DNA from: an uncultured Gammaproteobacteria bacterium
Lineage (GTDB): Bacteria > Patescibacteriota > Patescibacteriia > Magasanikbacterales > GWA2-37-8
Reading direction: 5' to 3'
Length of the DNA stretch: 64,000 bases
Assembly: GCA_964407865.1 (NCBI GenBank)
Contig: CAYOXC010000001.1
Location: forward strand, 395,978 to 459,977
A program made the position numbers and the translations under genes. The notes beneath the pieces were generated by a model that made no database searches, was not told the origin of the DNA, and saw only the letters and a program-made list of their open reading frames with translations. Positions 29,765 through 39,546 of the stretch are shown here, piece by piece (positions within the stretch are counted from its first letter, which is position 1; every line of letters starts with the position of its first letter).

Positions 29765-30112
29765 TCAAACTATCTTAGTATTTTTTATATTTAAATTTTC
29801 TTGATTAATTGTTTTTCTGCCTTCAATAAGCTCGTCAATATCTATCGGCTCAAGTAAATGCAGTCTGCTGGCATCATTATAGGTTAAATCGCTGACCATG
29901 CCAATCGTGCTAATACCCTGGCTCATAACTATAATCATAGCAATAAAATTGCCCTGACAGTCATTACACGAAATATGAACCAAATTAGCCTGGTCTTTTT
30001 CTGCAAAAATTTGAGCTTGCTCTGGCGTATAAACCGCTCCGCAAACCGGACATTTATTTATGAATTTTAAAGCCTCTTGCCACGACAAACGGCCTCTTTT
30101 AGCAGGTAGCAT
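29765..30112 (-). CDS. hypothetical protein with zinc-ribbon (CPVCG…C-x2-C)
   Basis: 115 aa, CPVCGAVY…SCNDCQG, lying 1 nt upstream of rplY. Confidence 0.35.
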   Translation of the reverse strand: MLPAKRGRLSWQEALKFINKCPVCGAVYTPEQAQIFAEKDQANLVHISCNDCQGNFIAMIIVMSQGISTIGMVSDLTYNDASRLHLLEPIDIDELIEGRKTINQENLNIKNTKIV

Positions 30113-30215
30113 ATAAGTGCCGATATACTAAATAAAAATACACTTTTTGTCAACCCTCTAGAACTACTCTAAATAAAGATTATCCTTCAAGGGTTAATTG
30201 GGTTAAAATAATCAA

Positions 30216-30515
30216 TTAATCTTCGGTTTTTGCTAATTTAGTCAAATAATACCCGACAAGAATAACGACCAATGTAATCACTACTGCGTAAATAAATTTT
30301 ATTACCAAACCACCACTGCTAAGCGGAAAAAAGTAGTCAATTAGGCCTTTTATCGCTTCGTTCCAAGCTAAACCGGCTACCAAACCCAGGGCTGCAGTGA
30401 TATAGCTTAAAGTTTTTTCACGCACCGCTTGCTTTAAAGCGTCGCCGTCTTTTTTTAACTCATTGATATGTTCTTCCATAGCATTGATAACTAAAGGGAA
30501 TGCCTCAATCTGCAT
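30216..30515 (-). CDS. small membrane protein, unknown function
   Basis: 99 aa with two predicted TM helices at the C-terminus. Confidence 0.4.
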   Translation of the reverse strand: MQIEAFPLVINAMEEHINELKKDGDALKQAVREKTLSYITAALGLVAGLAWNEAIKGLIDYFFPLSSGGLVIKFIYAVVITLVVILVGYYLTKLAKTED

Positions 30516-30546
30516 TCCCTAGTAGTATAGCACTTTTTTGAAAAAA

Positions 30547-32634
30547 TTAATTGAGGGTAAACTCTTTTACTTTATCCCAAGTTTTTTCATCAAGCACGGT
30601 TATTTCATTTTTTCCAATTAAATACATGTAATCTTCGAGATATATCGCTCTCTGTACCGATACTCCGCTGACTGCTTTTTCCAACTTTAGCTGATCGCCT
30701 TTGTAGCTAAATATATATCCACCCTGGCTGCCAGGAATAAAAAATACCTCGTGTTTCTTGTCCAATAAAAATGCATGGTGATTATCTAGAGCTTCAGACC
30801 AATATTCATTGAGCTGGTATTTGGCGACCTCTTTGGGATTTTCAGCAAATGTTGCATCAAAAATTGAAAGTTTTACTTTGCCATCTTCCCGGCCGATACC
30901 AAGCACCTTGTGGCCTTCAAGGGGGTGCAAATAAGAAGAGAACCCTGGAATTTTTAATTCACCTCTTAAAGCCGGCTTTTTCGGACTGGATAAGTCCAGA
31001 ACATAAAAAGGATCTGTCTGGCGGAATGTTACCACATAACCACGCTCACCCAAAAAGCGAACTGAATAAATACGCTCGGTTTCACCCATATCTTTTACTG
31101 AACCAACGATATCCATATCATTATCAATGATATAGACATCGCTTACTGTTTTTCCACGAACGCCAAAACCGCCCAAACCCCACCAGCTCTCACCTATTGT
31201 AACAGCAATACGTAGGTGTTCCTTGTGTTCATCAAGAGAAAACTGGTTTAAAGGAGTGCCGGGCACTTCTGTGCTTTTTGCAGAAAAATCGCTTAAGGAC
31301 ATTTTTACTATTCCTGTTTTTCCGATTTCACGACGATATTTTTCATAGAAATCTTCCATTCGATTAGTCATTTCATTTTCAAGCTTAAGTGCATCATCAT
31401 TGTTTAAAGAGTTGCGCATCTTTTCTAAAGTTGCGTACAATTCTGCGCTTTTGGCACTTAGACTTAAATCATAACCGCGAACTTTAGCCAACCTTTCTAT
31501 AACCCAGGAAGGCACCAGATCAGAATTGTTCGAAAAAAACAAATATGCCACTTCGACCATATCAACTTGAGTTTGGTATGTTAGATAAATAGCGTTTTCC
31601 GACATATAAAAAACCGTTTGCCCTGAAGACCCGACAAAAGCGGACTTCTTTTCAACCTCGCCCGTCTTCCCATCTAAAACCATAAAATTATAAGTCGCAT
31701 CAGCCGCTCCGCCATTACTCGGATAATATATATCTGTACAGGCAATTGATACTTCTTTTTCTCCCATAGTTAGAGGTACAATCGGACAAGGCCGGTTATG
31801 GTCAACTCCGTGGCGGGTGGTAATATAAATTTTACCATTCATTAAGCGCGCCCCAATTAAATACTCACGATCACCAAGTTTGGCAGTCCATTTTTCCTTT
31901 GGATTAGCTTTATCTGATACATCATAAGCATTAATTTTTTGCTCACTGGTAAAAACAATTAAAATATTATCGTTCAGCAAAAGATTCCCGCTAGCCTCAA
32001 TCTTGCCATCCTCTTTCATTTGATCTGGCGGAAAAGCGGCAATAAGCTTAACTTCTCCTTCATTTCTATATGATGGCGGAACCGATACAGACACGGCTCT
32101 TTCTTCAATCATCGGCATAGGCTCTGGAACTCCACGCCATGGATAATAACCGCCGGCAATAGAATAGTATATTTCTTTACCATCAGTTTTTACAATATCT
32201 GGTTCATCAATACCAACAACCTGAACATTTGTTTCTGAAAAACGATCCGGGGATGGTGCTGCAGATGGAGCTAATGCAGCTTTTTCACCACCGCCTAATC
32301 CTGTAGGCACTGCCATTTCTAAACCCAAATCTTGCATTGCAATTCCACCGCCTTCTGCGGCAAAAGAGCGGACTGCCATACCGCCATAATAATTTTCATC
32401 TCCCTGGTGATCAGCTAAATATTTTTTAAAGTCATCTTCAGAAACAAATTTTTTGATATCGCCCTTTTCCGTTTGCAACCCGGTCGTTCCCGGACGCCTG
32501 GTTAAACCTTCAATAGCTGAAGATAATTTTAAATCACCCCTGAAACCGGTATAAAATAAAACTGCTGCACAAAACACGAAAATCACGCCGAGAATAATAA
32601 GACCGATTTTCGTGCTAATCTCCTTTTGAAGCAT
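30547..32634 (-). CDS. secreted beta-propeller domain protein (PF09826-like)
   Basis: An N-terminal TM or signal, then a C-terminal RFLGERGYVVTFRQTDPFYVLDLSSPKKPALRGELKIPGFSSYLHP block typical of this family, 695 aa. Confidence 0.6.
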   Translation of the reverse strand: MLQKEISTKIGLIILGVIFVFCAAVLFYTGFRGDLKLSSAIEGLTRRPGTTGLQTEKGDIKKFVSEDDFKKYLADHQGDENYYGGMAVRSFAAEGGGIAMQDLGLEMAVPTGLGGGEKAALAPSAAPSPDRFSETNVQVVGIDEPDIVKTDGKEIYYSIAGGYYPWRGVPEPMPMIEERAVSVSVPPSYRNEGEVKLIAAFPPDQMKEDGKIEASGNLLLNDNILIVFTSEQKINAYDVSDKANPKEKWTAKLGDREYLIGARLMNGKIYITTRHGVDHNRPCPIVPLTMGEKEVSIACTDIYYPSNGGAADATYNFMVLDGKTGEVEKKSAFVGSSGQTVFYMSENAIYLTYQTQVDMVEVAYLFFSNNSDLVPSWVIERLAKVRGYDLSLSAKSAELYATLEKMRNSLNNDDALKLENEMTNRMEDFYEKYRREIGKTGIVKMSLSDFSAKSTEVPGTPLNQFSLDEHKEHLRIAVTIGESWWGLGGFGVRGKTVSDVYIIDNDMDIVGSVKDMGETERIYSVRFLGERGYVVTFRQTDPFYVLDLSSPKKPALRGELKIPGFSSYLHPLEGHKVLGIGREDGKVKLSIFDATFAENPKEVAKYQLNEYWSEALDNHHAFLLDKKHEVFFIPGSQGGYIFSYKGDQLKLEKAVSGVSVQRAIYLEDYMYLIGKNEITVLDEKTWDKVKEFTLN

Positions 32635-32649
32635 ATAAATTAATTATGT

Positions 32650-35600
32650 TTAAATTACTTTTTTATTAATTTCTGCTAACTCTGCAACAATCCTTTGCAT
32701 TTCTTTTCTAGCCGGACCATCGGTTAAAGCAATTTCTTGGCTTTTATCACGAACCAACTTACTCATATCAGATAACAAATTTGCTTCTTCCGCGCTATCC
32801 AATACTCCTCTCACATTTCCGACTTTATAAATTATTTTTTCTCCGCTTAAAGAATATTGAATGGTATTTTGCTCAACCACTTCGCCGGGTTTAATTATAT
32901 CTTTTAATGAATCCATGCGACTGCTTATAGGCGCATCTTTTGTATAAAAATCCGTAAAACCTTTATTTATCTTTTCCATTTCTCTCTCGGCCTGCTCAAA
33001 TATATCGTCAGCTGTCATTTCACTTAATGGCTTACGATAGGCTTCTTCATAACTTATTTCTCCGGGTTTGATTTCCCCGCTTGGTGTTCCTACTTCTAAC
33101 GGCTGAGCTGGAGAAACATAACCGGCTTCGGCGGGAGGAGCAAAAACAATATCTTTGCCGGTTCCCGTGGCCGATGTTATCGTGTAGCCCTTTGACAGCA
33201 GGTCCGCTTTATACGCTTCATACTGGGCGGGATTATTTTTCAACGAATTTAAATAATCCGAAGCTTTAAGAGCCTGCACCTCCTGCCACACTTGGAATTT
33301 CGCCTCTGCCGCCTTTTCTACCGATGGCTGAACCACTTCTTTAATATACCCTCTATGTTCGTTAACTTTTTCAACAATATCCTTTCCGAATAATGTCTCT
33401 GGCAATTTATTCCACTCTGCTGCTCTGTCTATTCCATATTCATCGAGCTTTGACATCTTTAAAATCTCAAATCTGTGTTTCAGCGTATTTATTATTGACC
33501 GATATTCTGCTGAATCTGGATGGGTTTGGTTTAGTGCTTCAATATAATCTTTAGTTTCATTAATTACTATTTCTGGATTATTTTTATAAAAAGCTAATTC
33601 TTCAGATTTGATAAAACCTATCTCCTGGGGGTAGGTCGCGTTATGATTCGGACTCTCGGCAGCTAAAACATTTACATTGCCATAATAATTATGAGTTATT
33701 TCAGCTCCGCTTGAAACCTTCAAGAGTGGCGCATCGCCTTCCCAATCGGCAATATCAGCCCGATGGACTTCCGTGCCGTCCGGCATTTCATATATCGGTC
33801 CTCGGGCTTTAGCTTTCATCATCAGGTCCATGGCATCATCGTATTCTCCCTTGTTAACCAAAATTTGATATTCCGCCTGTTCAACATCGGTGAAAATATC
33901 CGACTGGCCAGTTTTGATGTCAATCACTTCTCTGACCGGGACCACCTCACCCTCAGGTGTTTTTACCATATCCGCCGCCTTTTCCGCCGCCTCCCTAGCC
34001 TTGGCGGCCGCTATCTCAGAAACATGGTGCAGTTTGCCCTGGCCGACAATATCCACATTACCGTCGTCATGCAACACTAAATACTGGGGATTTTTCGCGT
34101 CGTAAATAAAATATTTGTCTGCTAAACCCTGTTTTTGCGTGATAACACTGGCTTCGTGTCCGGCCCATTTGCGGATTTCGCCCAAATCATTAATATCACC
34201 TTCAAAACCATGAGCTTGAGGATCTAATAATAATTGCCTTTGAAGTACGCGCTCTATGCCATCGCCCTTGTGAACGAGAAGTGCGTTTGAAATATTTTCT
34301 GATGAATGGCCAGCACCCAAATATTGCTGGAATTCCTGAATCGCGCCTTGATTCTCACCAGCTGTATCCATAAACTGATTTATTTTGGCCAATTCCGCGG
34401 GAGTTGCCGCTCTGATCATTTCTCCTTCCATCACCACGTCTGGTTCTGCTTGCATCATTTGTTCAGGCATTATTACTTCTTCGGATGGTGCTCCAGCCGG
34501 CGGCATAGCTTCATGCGCCGCAAAAGCGGCTACCGATGGTTTATGACCGGCATACAACTCGGCTCTGCTCAAAGTGGCAAAATAAGCGTATGTGCCTGAT
34601 GCCACGCCAGCAGCCGTAGCAATTAATCTTTTGCCCCAGCGTGTTAATTTTTCTGAAGATATTTTTTCCGCAGTGCGTGACAATTCTGTTTTTCTACTCT
34701 CCAAAAAAGCCATGGCATCTTGAAGATTGTCCGGCCGCACAACCGGTCGCTCATCGCCAGCTTCAATAGCTTTAATAGATAAATATTCCTGCGTAACTTG
34801 ATCTCGCGCCGCAATTAAACGCTGATAATTCACGTCTTTTGATAAATCAACGCCATTAACATAGGAGAAGGCCTCAACTGAAGCTATTTTTTCCTGAATT
34901 TTGGCTATTTGCTGTTCAATCGGCAATGACTCAAACTCAATCAAATTCTTTTCAGCCAAACCAAGTTCTTTTTCCATTTTTTTACGGCGCTTTTCAGCTT
35001 TTTTGTCGTCCGTATCTTCTTCTGTTTCGCCAGACGCAACAGCAGCTAAATAATATTTATCCCTGAGAGCCGCCTCTGCTTCTTCGCTTGAACCATAAAA
35101 CTCACCGCGATTACCAAAACGACGCTGCAGTTTATTCTGAAGAGCATCTTCCATGTGACGAGAACCAAAAGCCGTACCAATACCAACCATGGCGCCCCGC
35201 GCTTCTGCCGCTCCGGTAACGCCGAACACTCCGGCGCTCATGAGGCCAATAGACAATCCCAATCTAACACTCAATGCCTTAGCGCCAATTTTATATAGCG
35301 CATTGCTTCCTTGGAGTTCTTTGGCCCGGTTGGCCCAAAACCTATCCCATGTGCCAATCATCTCATCCCCTTCTTCTTTTTTCTTCACTTCAACACCCTT
35401 TTTCTCCAAAAAGTTGTAAAGATTCATATCTCCCAAACGCTTCCAGACTTTGGCCACAACATTTTCCTTGCCCTTATAATATGCGCCGATTTTTTCTTGC
35501 AATAATTTTGACTGATCGCCGAGAAAACTTCTCAGGTGCTCGGCCTGAGCCCTAGTCGCTTCTATCACTTCTTTTTGTAAATCCGCGTACTCATTCCAAG

Positions 35601-37173
35601 CTGTGTCAAATACCTCGTCTTCCGCTCCTCTGGCCTCGCCTTTTTTGAACATCTTTTTGAAACGACCAACAACTCCGGCTGCCTTTTCTTTGGCAATAAA
35701 GGCCTCCGTTAATTTATTTCTCGCATCAATTAATTTTTGGGTTAGATCTTCTATTCTTTCATTGTTGGCGCGAATTTCTTCAACACCTTCCGTCTCTGCC
35801 ATAATTTCAACTACTGCTTCCTCAACCGGCTTTGCGACCTCTGTCTCCTTAACCACTCTTTCCGCCTCCATATTCAGTATGTCGCCTATCGCTTTTTCGG
35901 CTTCGCTTTCAGGCTCTTCTGTCTTTGCACTTTCGAAAGCCTCTTCCTGCTCCACTATAAGTTCTCGGGGTTCGTTCGGTTCTTCATCACTACCTGGCCT
36001 CTTCCCTACATATTCTTTTTTGTCTTCAATGACTTGTACGTCTTTTTTTTCATCAGGAACAACCCTTCTGTCATAATTATTTTTCAATTCTATAAATTCT
36101 TTTTTGTAACTAGCTACTTTCTCTCCTGTCGCTTGTTTAATTTTTTCAAATTTTTTATCAGTATCGATTTTGTCTAGGCTTTTTGACAAGCTTTCAATTG
36201 TCCCGACAAGTAAATGAGCTTTTTCTATATATGTAGAATACAAAACCGGATCTTCATTTTTTCCTTTTTCAATTGTTCTTACAAAATTTACCGCATTGCC
36301 ATAGAGCTCGTCGCCTTCCCGCCTTAAAGCCCGCAATTCATTCATTGCCACTTCACTCATCAAATTGGAATCTTTTTCCTTGATACCCAAAATTGAAGCC
36401 ATGTCCAGATAGACATCTTTGTTTTCGCCTTCACCGGCCGCTTGCTTGATGGCGGCAATACGATCGGCTGAACGATTGGCTACGGTAAACTCTACTTCTT
36501 TTTTAACTTGATCTAAAACTTTGGGTAAAAAACTTTTATCAACACTGGCTATCTTTCTTTTTCCTTTGAGGGAATAGTCTTCATTCACTTCTTCAGGCAA
36601 GCCAACACGCAAGCTTTCCGCCCATCGTTGCATATCTTCATTGTCAGTTTTTTCCAAAAGCGCAATTAGCTGTCTCAGTTTATCTTGCGGCATTATTTCG
36701 CCAGATGATTCAGGCGGTTTAAATTCATCAACTTTTTGCTCTGCATCAGGAGTTGACGGTAAAATCTCAGCATCGGTTTTATCCGTTGCATCAGCAATTT
36801 TTTTAGAAAGTTCAATAATTTGCGAATGTAAATTATTAAGCTGCCCAGTAAATTCCTCAATCTCTTTTTGTACTTGCTCTGCATCTTTGCTAACGTTCAA
36901 ATCCGAAACATTTAAAAGAAGCGTCTGAAGTTCACCATTAAAACGTGCAAAATCTTCAGAAAAACGTTTTGACAGATTTTCACTGAGATCCTGAAGCGCT
37001 CTTTGCTCACTATCCAACTGAACAGATAAGCTCTCGGCTTTCTTTTCGATCTGATTTTTAATGTCAGCAAAATTTTCACTTTTGTTTAAAGCATTGTTAT
37101 TACCTACAATAAAAGCCTCTTCGTCTTTTACGGGGTCGTCGCGGTGACTTTTGTTCTTATTGGATTTGCTCAT
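32650..37173 (-). CDS. giant (1507 aa) acidic coiled-coil protein with a central glycine-zipper/TM-like segment, unknown function
   Basis: No signal peptide and no P-loop. It has long E/K-rich heptad regions and the segment LSVRLGLSIGLMSAGVFGVTGAAEARGAMVGIGTAFG. Confidence 0.5.
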   Translation of the reverse strand: MSKSNKNKSHRDDPVKDEEAFIVGNNNALNKSENFADIKNQIEKKAESLSVQLDSEQRALQDLSENLSKRFSEDFARFNGELQTLLLNVSDLNVSKDAEQVQKEIEEFTGQLNNLHSQIIELSKKIADATDKTDAEILPSTPDAEQKVDEFKPPESSGEIMPQDKLRQLIALLEKTDNEDMQRWAESLRVGLPEEVNEDYSLKGKRKIASVDKSFLPKVLDQVKKEVEFTVANRSADRIAAIKQAAGEGENKDVYLDMASILGIKEKDSNLMSEVAMNELRALRREGDELYGNAVNFVRTIEKGKNEDPVLYSTYIEKAHLLVGTIESLSKSLDKIDTDKKFEKIKQATGEKVASYKKEFIELKNNYDRRVVPDEKKDVQVIEDKKEYVGKRPGSDEEPNEPRELIVEQEEAFESAKTEEPESEAEKAIGDILNMEAERVVKETEVAKPVEEAVVEIMAETEGVEEIRANNERIEDLTQKLIDARNKLTEAFIAKEKAAGVVGRFKKMFKKGEARGAEDEVFDTAWNEYADLQKEVIEATRAQAEHLRSFLGDQSKLLQEKIGAYYKGKENVVAKVWKRLGDMNLYNFLEKKGVEVKKKEEGDEMIGTWDRFWANRAKELQGSNALYKIGAKALSVRLGLSIGLMSAGVFGVTGAAEARGAMVGIGTAFGSRHMEDALQNKLQRRFGNRGEFYGSSEEAEAALRDKYYLAAVASGETEEDTDDKKAEKRRKKMEKELGLAEKNLIEFESLPIEQQIAKIQEKIASVEAFSYVNGVDLSKDVNYQRLIAARDQVTQEYLSIKAIEAGDERPVVRPDNLQDAMAFLESRKTELSRTAEKISSEKLTRWGKRLIATAAGVASGTYAYFATLSRAELYAGHKPSVAAFAAHEAMPPAGAPSEEVIMPEQMMQAEPDVVMEGEMIRAATPAELAKINQFMDTAGENQGAIQEFQQYLGAGHSSENISNALLVHKGDGIERVLQRQLLLDPQAHGFEGDINDLGEIRKWAGHEASVITQKQGLADKYFIYDAKNPQYLVLHDDGNVDIVGQGKLHHVSEIAAAKAREAAEKAADMVKTPEGEVVPVREVIDIKTGQSDIFTDVEQAEYQILVNKGEYDDAMDLMMKAKARGPIYEMPDGTEVHRADIADWEGDAPLLKVSSGAEITHNYYGNVNVLAAESPNHNATYPQEIGFIKSEELAFYKNNPEIVINETKDYIEALNQTHPDSAEYRSIINTLKHRFEILKMSKLDEYGIDRAAEWNKLPETLFGKDIVEKVNEHRGYIKEVVQPSVEKAAEAKFQVWQEVQALKASDYLNSLKNNPAQYEAYKADLLSKGYTITSATGTGKDIVFAPPAEAGYVSPAQPLEVGTPSGEIKPGEISYEEAYRKPLSEMTADDIFEQAEREMEKINKGFTDFYTKDAPISSRMDSLKDIIKPGEVVEQNTIQYSLSGEKIIYKVGNVRGVLDSAEEANLLSDMSKLVRDKSQEIALTDGPARKEMQRIVAELAEINKKVI

Positions 37174-37175
37174 AT

Positions 37176-37373
37176 TTAAGCAGTTTTATCAATATAACTC
37201 TTCACTTTAGCAATCTTTACGCGATCAATCAAGCCCCTCAGTTCATTTCTGATCTTATCGCCTTCAAGAGACAATTTCTTCAATTCGTCTTCAAGCATAC
37301 TAAGATTACTCTGCAACTGCAAAAGTCGTTTAGCTTTAATTACTGAATTTTCATCTATTTCTTTTCCCAGCAT
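37176..37373 (-). CDS. small coiled-coil protein (65 aa)
   Basis: Stop lies 2 nt before the giant ORF start, so they are translationally coupled. Confidence 0.3.
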   Translation of the reverse strand: MLGKEIDENSVIKAKRLLQLQSNLSMLEDELKKLSLEGDKIRNELRGLIDRVKIAKVKSYIDKTA

Positions 37374-37380
37374 AAAATAA

Positions 37381-37707
37381 TTATGCTTTTTTAGCTAAAG
37401 CCGACAATTCACTAGTAACCGCATCAATTTCATTTTGCAAGATAGAGAGAAAATCATTAACATTTTCTTCCATAAATTTACTCACTTCTTCATCCGCGTC
37501 CTGATCCAAAAGTGAAGCGAGTTTTTCGCTCTTTTCCTTTGGCAGAGTCGCCAAAACTTTAAGAAGAACTCTTTGGCTAATAACTTCAGCCATGCTATCT
37601 AGCAATTTTATTCTTTCATCTTCTGGAAGATAGTCCAGATTAAGACGCGAAATAATCTGGCCTTGAACAAAATCCGGATTTACTGCTGAGTTATTCATTG
37701 GGCTCAT
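37381..37707 (-). CDS. hypothetical protein (108 aa)
   Basis: Lies 7 nt upstream of the 65-aa ORF. Acidic, helical. Confidence 0.35.
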   Translation of the reverse strand: MSPMNNSAVNPDFVQGQIISRLNLDYLPEDERIKLLDSMAEVISQRVLLKVLATLPKEKSEKLASLLDQDADEEVSKFMEENVNDFLSILQNEIDAVTSELSALAKKA

Positions 37708-37779
37708 AAAAAATATTTTTTATATAAAATTATATACATCTTACTAATTGTATCATTATTTAGGCTGGTTTTAAACCAA

Positions 37780-39543
37780 TCACTCCAGATCAATCGTATA
37801 AATATTTACCGGTTCAGCTCGTCCTTTAACTTGGACATTGCCAAGAGAACGCCACTTGTAATCGCCTTTAGTGAGGTTCCTAGTTTCCGCCCCAATAATA
37901 ATTTGGGTCTTGAACTCTTTGCATAACCCTTCAAGACGGGAAGCGACATTAACCGTATCCCCTGTTGCCGTATAGTTCAGCCGATGCTCCGAACCCATGT
38001 TACCAACCACTGCCGAACCGGTAAAAATGCCCATGCCAATATTAATTTTCTCTTTGCCTTCCTTTTCAAATTCCAAATTTAATTTTTTTAATCGTTTAAA
38101 CATTGCGATCGAAGCTTCAATAGCATGGTCGGCCTGATCGGGATCATCAATTGGTGCGCCCCAAAAAGCCATAATGGCATCGCCGATATATTTATCTAAA
38201 ACTCCTTTTTTAGTCAGAATTTCTTCGGTCATGGCAGTAAAATACCGATTCATAATTTCAACCAATTTAACCGGTGGATTATTCTCGGACAGAGTTGTAA
38301 AGCTACGGATATCGGAAAAAAATACAGTGATTGTTTTTAATTCTCCACCTAACCTAATTTTTGACGGATCGAAAGTAATCTCTTTAACTACTTCTTTTGA
38401 CACATAGCGTGAAAACATATCGTGTAATTGATGTTTTTCCTTCTCGCCAATAAAATATCGATAACCAAACTGTCCAAATACAGAAAAAAACCAAGCCAGG
38501 GTAAAATGAATGATATTTGACGAATAACCCTGCTGAAAAAGCAATATAACTAAACATAGCTGAGCAAAACCAACGATTACACTTACGGTTGTAGCCCAGC
38601 GCAAACGTTTAAAAAATCCAAAAAATATGGCCGGTAATAATGCAGCAAATAATATCCATAAAATATTATAAATTTTCGGCAGAGTATATAACCGATGGCC
38701 TTGTAGCATCATGTTGGCAATATTTGCTTGTATTTCAACTCCCGGCATTTCATTTTCTCTGCCAAAAGGCACCATTCTGACATCATGCAAATCCGGAGCA
38801 GTTACACCAAGAAATACAACTTTGTCTTTCAATAATTCTATTGCGCCTTCTTCATAAACGCGCCAAAAAGGAACAATACGAACGGATCCGGCCGGGGCCG
38901 CATACACAATACGACTAACCAAATCTAAAGTGGCGGCTCCGGGAATATCTAAACCACTCTCAGCCACAGTCTGATAAGCTAAAGATTTTTGTATTTTTCC
39001 GCTTTGTCGTCCACGAATTTCCAGTGGAAATTTTCGCACAATACCATCTTTATCAACGATAATATTAACTTGACCCAACGAAACCCGAGAAGCTTCAGAC
39101 AAATCTGTCATCGGCTCAACAAAATAATCGGCTACCGGCAAATCATCCTTTGACAAAAAAAGATTGTTTGCCTCAACCGGCAATACTACCGAATACTGAA
39201 CTTTTTTCAGAGCATCAGCCAAAGCTGTATCGTCAAGATTGCCATAACGCGAAGGTTCAGCAAAAAGGATATCAAAACCCAAAGCACGTGGCGGTGCTTC
39301 ATTCATCTTGTTTAGAGTATCAGCAAAAACTTCTCTGGGCCAAGGCCACTGCCCGATTTTTTGCAAAGATTCATTATCAACAGCTAATATTACCAACCGG
39401 CCATCAATCGGCCGCTTGGAAAAAAGCAAATCTTGAAAAAAATTCTCTTGACCGGAAAAAAGCCCATACCAATAAGCTGTTGCAAAAACTAAACCAACAA
39501 TCAAACCTATTGGAGCGTAAAAATATTTTGATTTAAACCGCAT
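37780..39543 (-). CDS. CHASE2-sensor class III adenylate/guanylate cyclase
   Basis: N-terminal LVILAVDNESLQKIGQWPWPREVFADTL…ALGFDILF matches CHASE2, followed by TM helices. The C-terminus FSDIRSFTTL…YIGDAIMAFWGAP…GSAVVGNMGS…TATGDTVNVASRLEG matches the CYC domain. Confidence 0.8.
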   Translation of the reverse strand: MRFKSKYFYAPIGLIVGLVFATAYWYGLFSGQENFFQDLLFSKRPIDGRLVILAVDNESLQKIGQWPWPREVFADTLNKMNEAPPRALGFDILFAEPSRYGNLDDTALADALKKVQYSVVLPVEANNLFLSKDDLPVADYFVEPMTDLSEASRVSLGQVNIIVDKDGIVRKFPLEIRGRQSGKIQKSLAYQTVAESGLDIPGAATLDLVSRIVYAAPAGSVRIVPFWRVYEEGAIELLKDKVVFLGVTAPDLHDVRMVPFGRENEMPGVEIQANIANMMLQGHRLYTLPKIYNILWILFAALLPAIFFGFFKRLRWATTVSVIVGFAQLCLVILLFQQGYSSNIIHFTLAWFFSVFGQFGYRYFIGEKEKHQLHDMFSRYVSKEVVKEITFDPSKIRLGGELKTITVFFSDIRSFTTLSENNPPVKLVEIMNRYFTAMTEEILTKKGVLDKYIGDAIMAFWGAPIDDPDQADHAIEASIAMFKRLKKLNLEFEKEGKEKINIGMGIFTGSAVVGNMGSEHRLNYTATGDTVNVASRLEGLCKEFKTQIIIGAETRNLTKGDYKWRSLGNVQVKGRAEPVNIYTIDLE

Positions 39544-39546
39544 AAA

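Noticed and set aside
35603-36076. Ser/Thr-rich 157-aa ORF antisense to the giant coiled-coil gene (and similar antisense ORFs at 12079-12912, 22497-22925, 51313-51663, 52117-52539, 56359-56900, 62207-62572, 9731-10087)
   Set aside because: These are shadow ORFs inside clearly coding genes on the opposite strand, with low-complexity translations typical of antisense frames.
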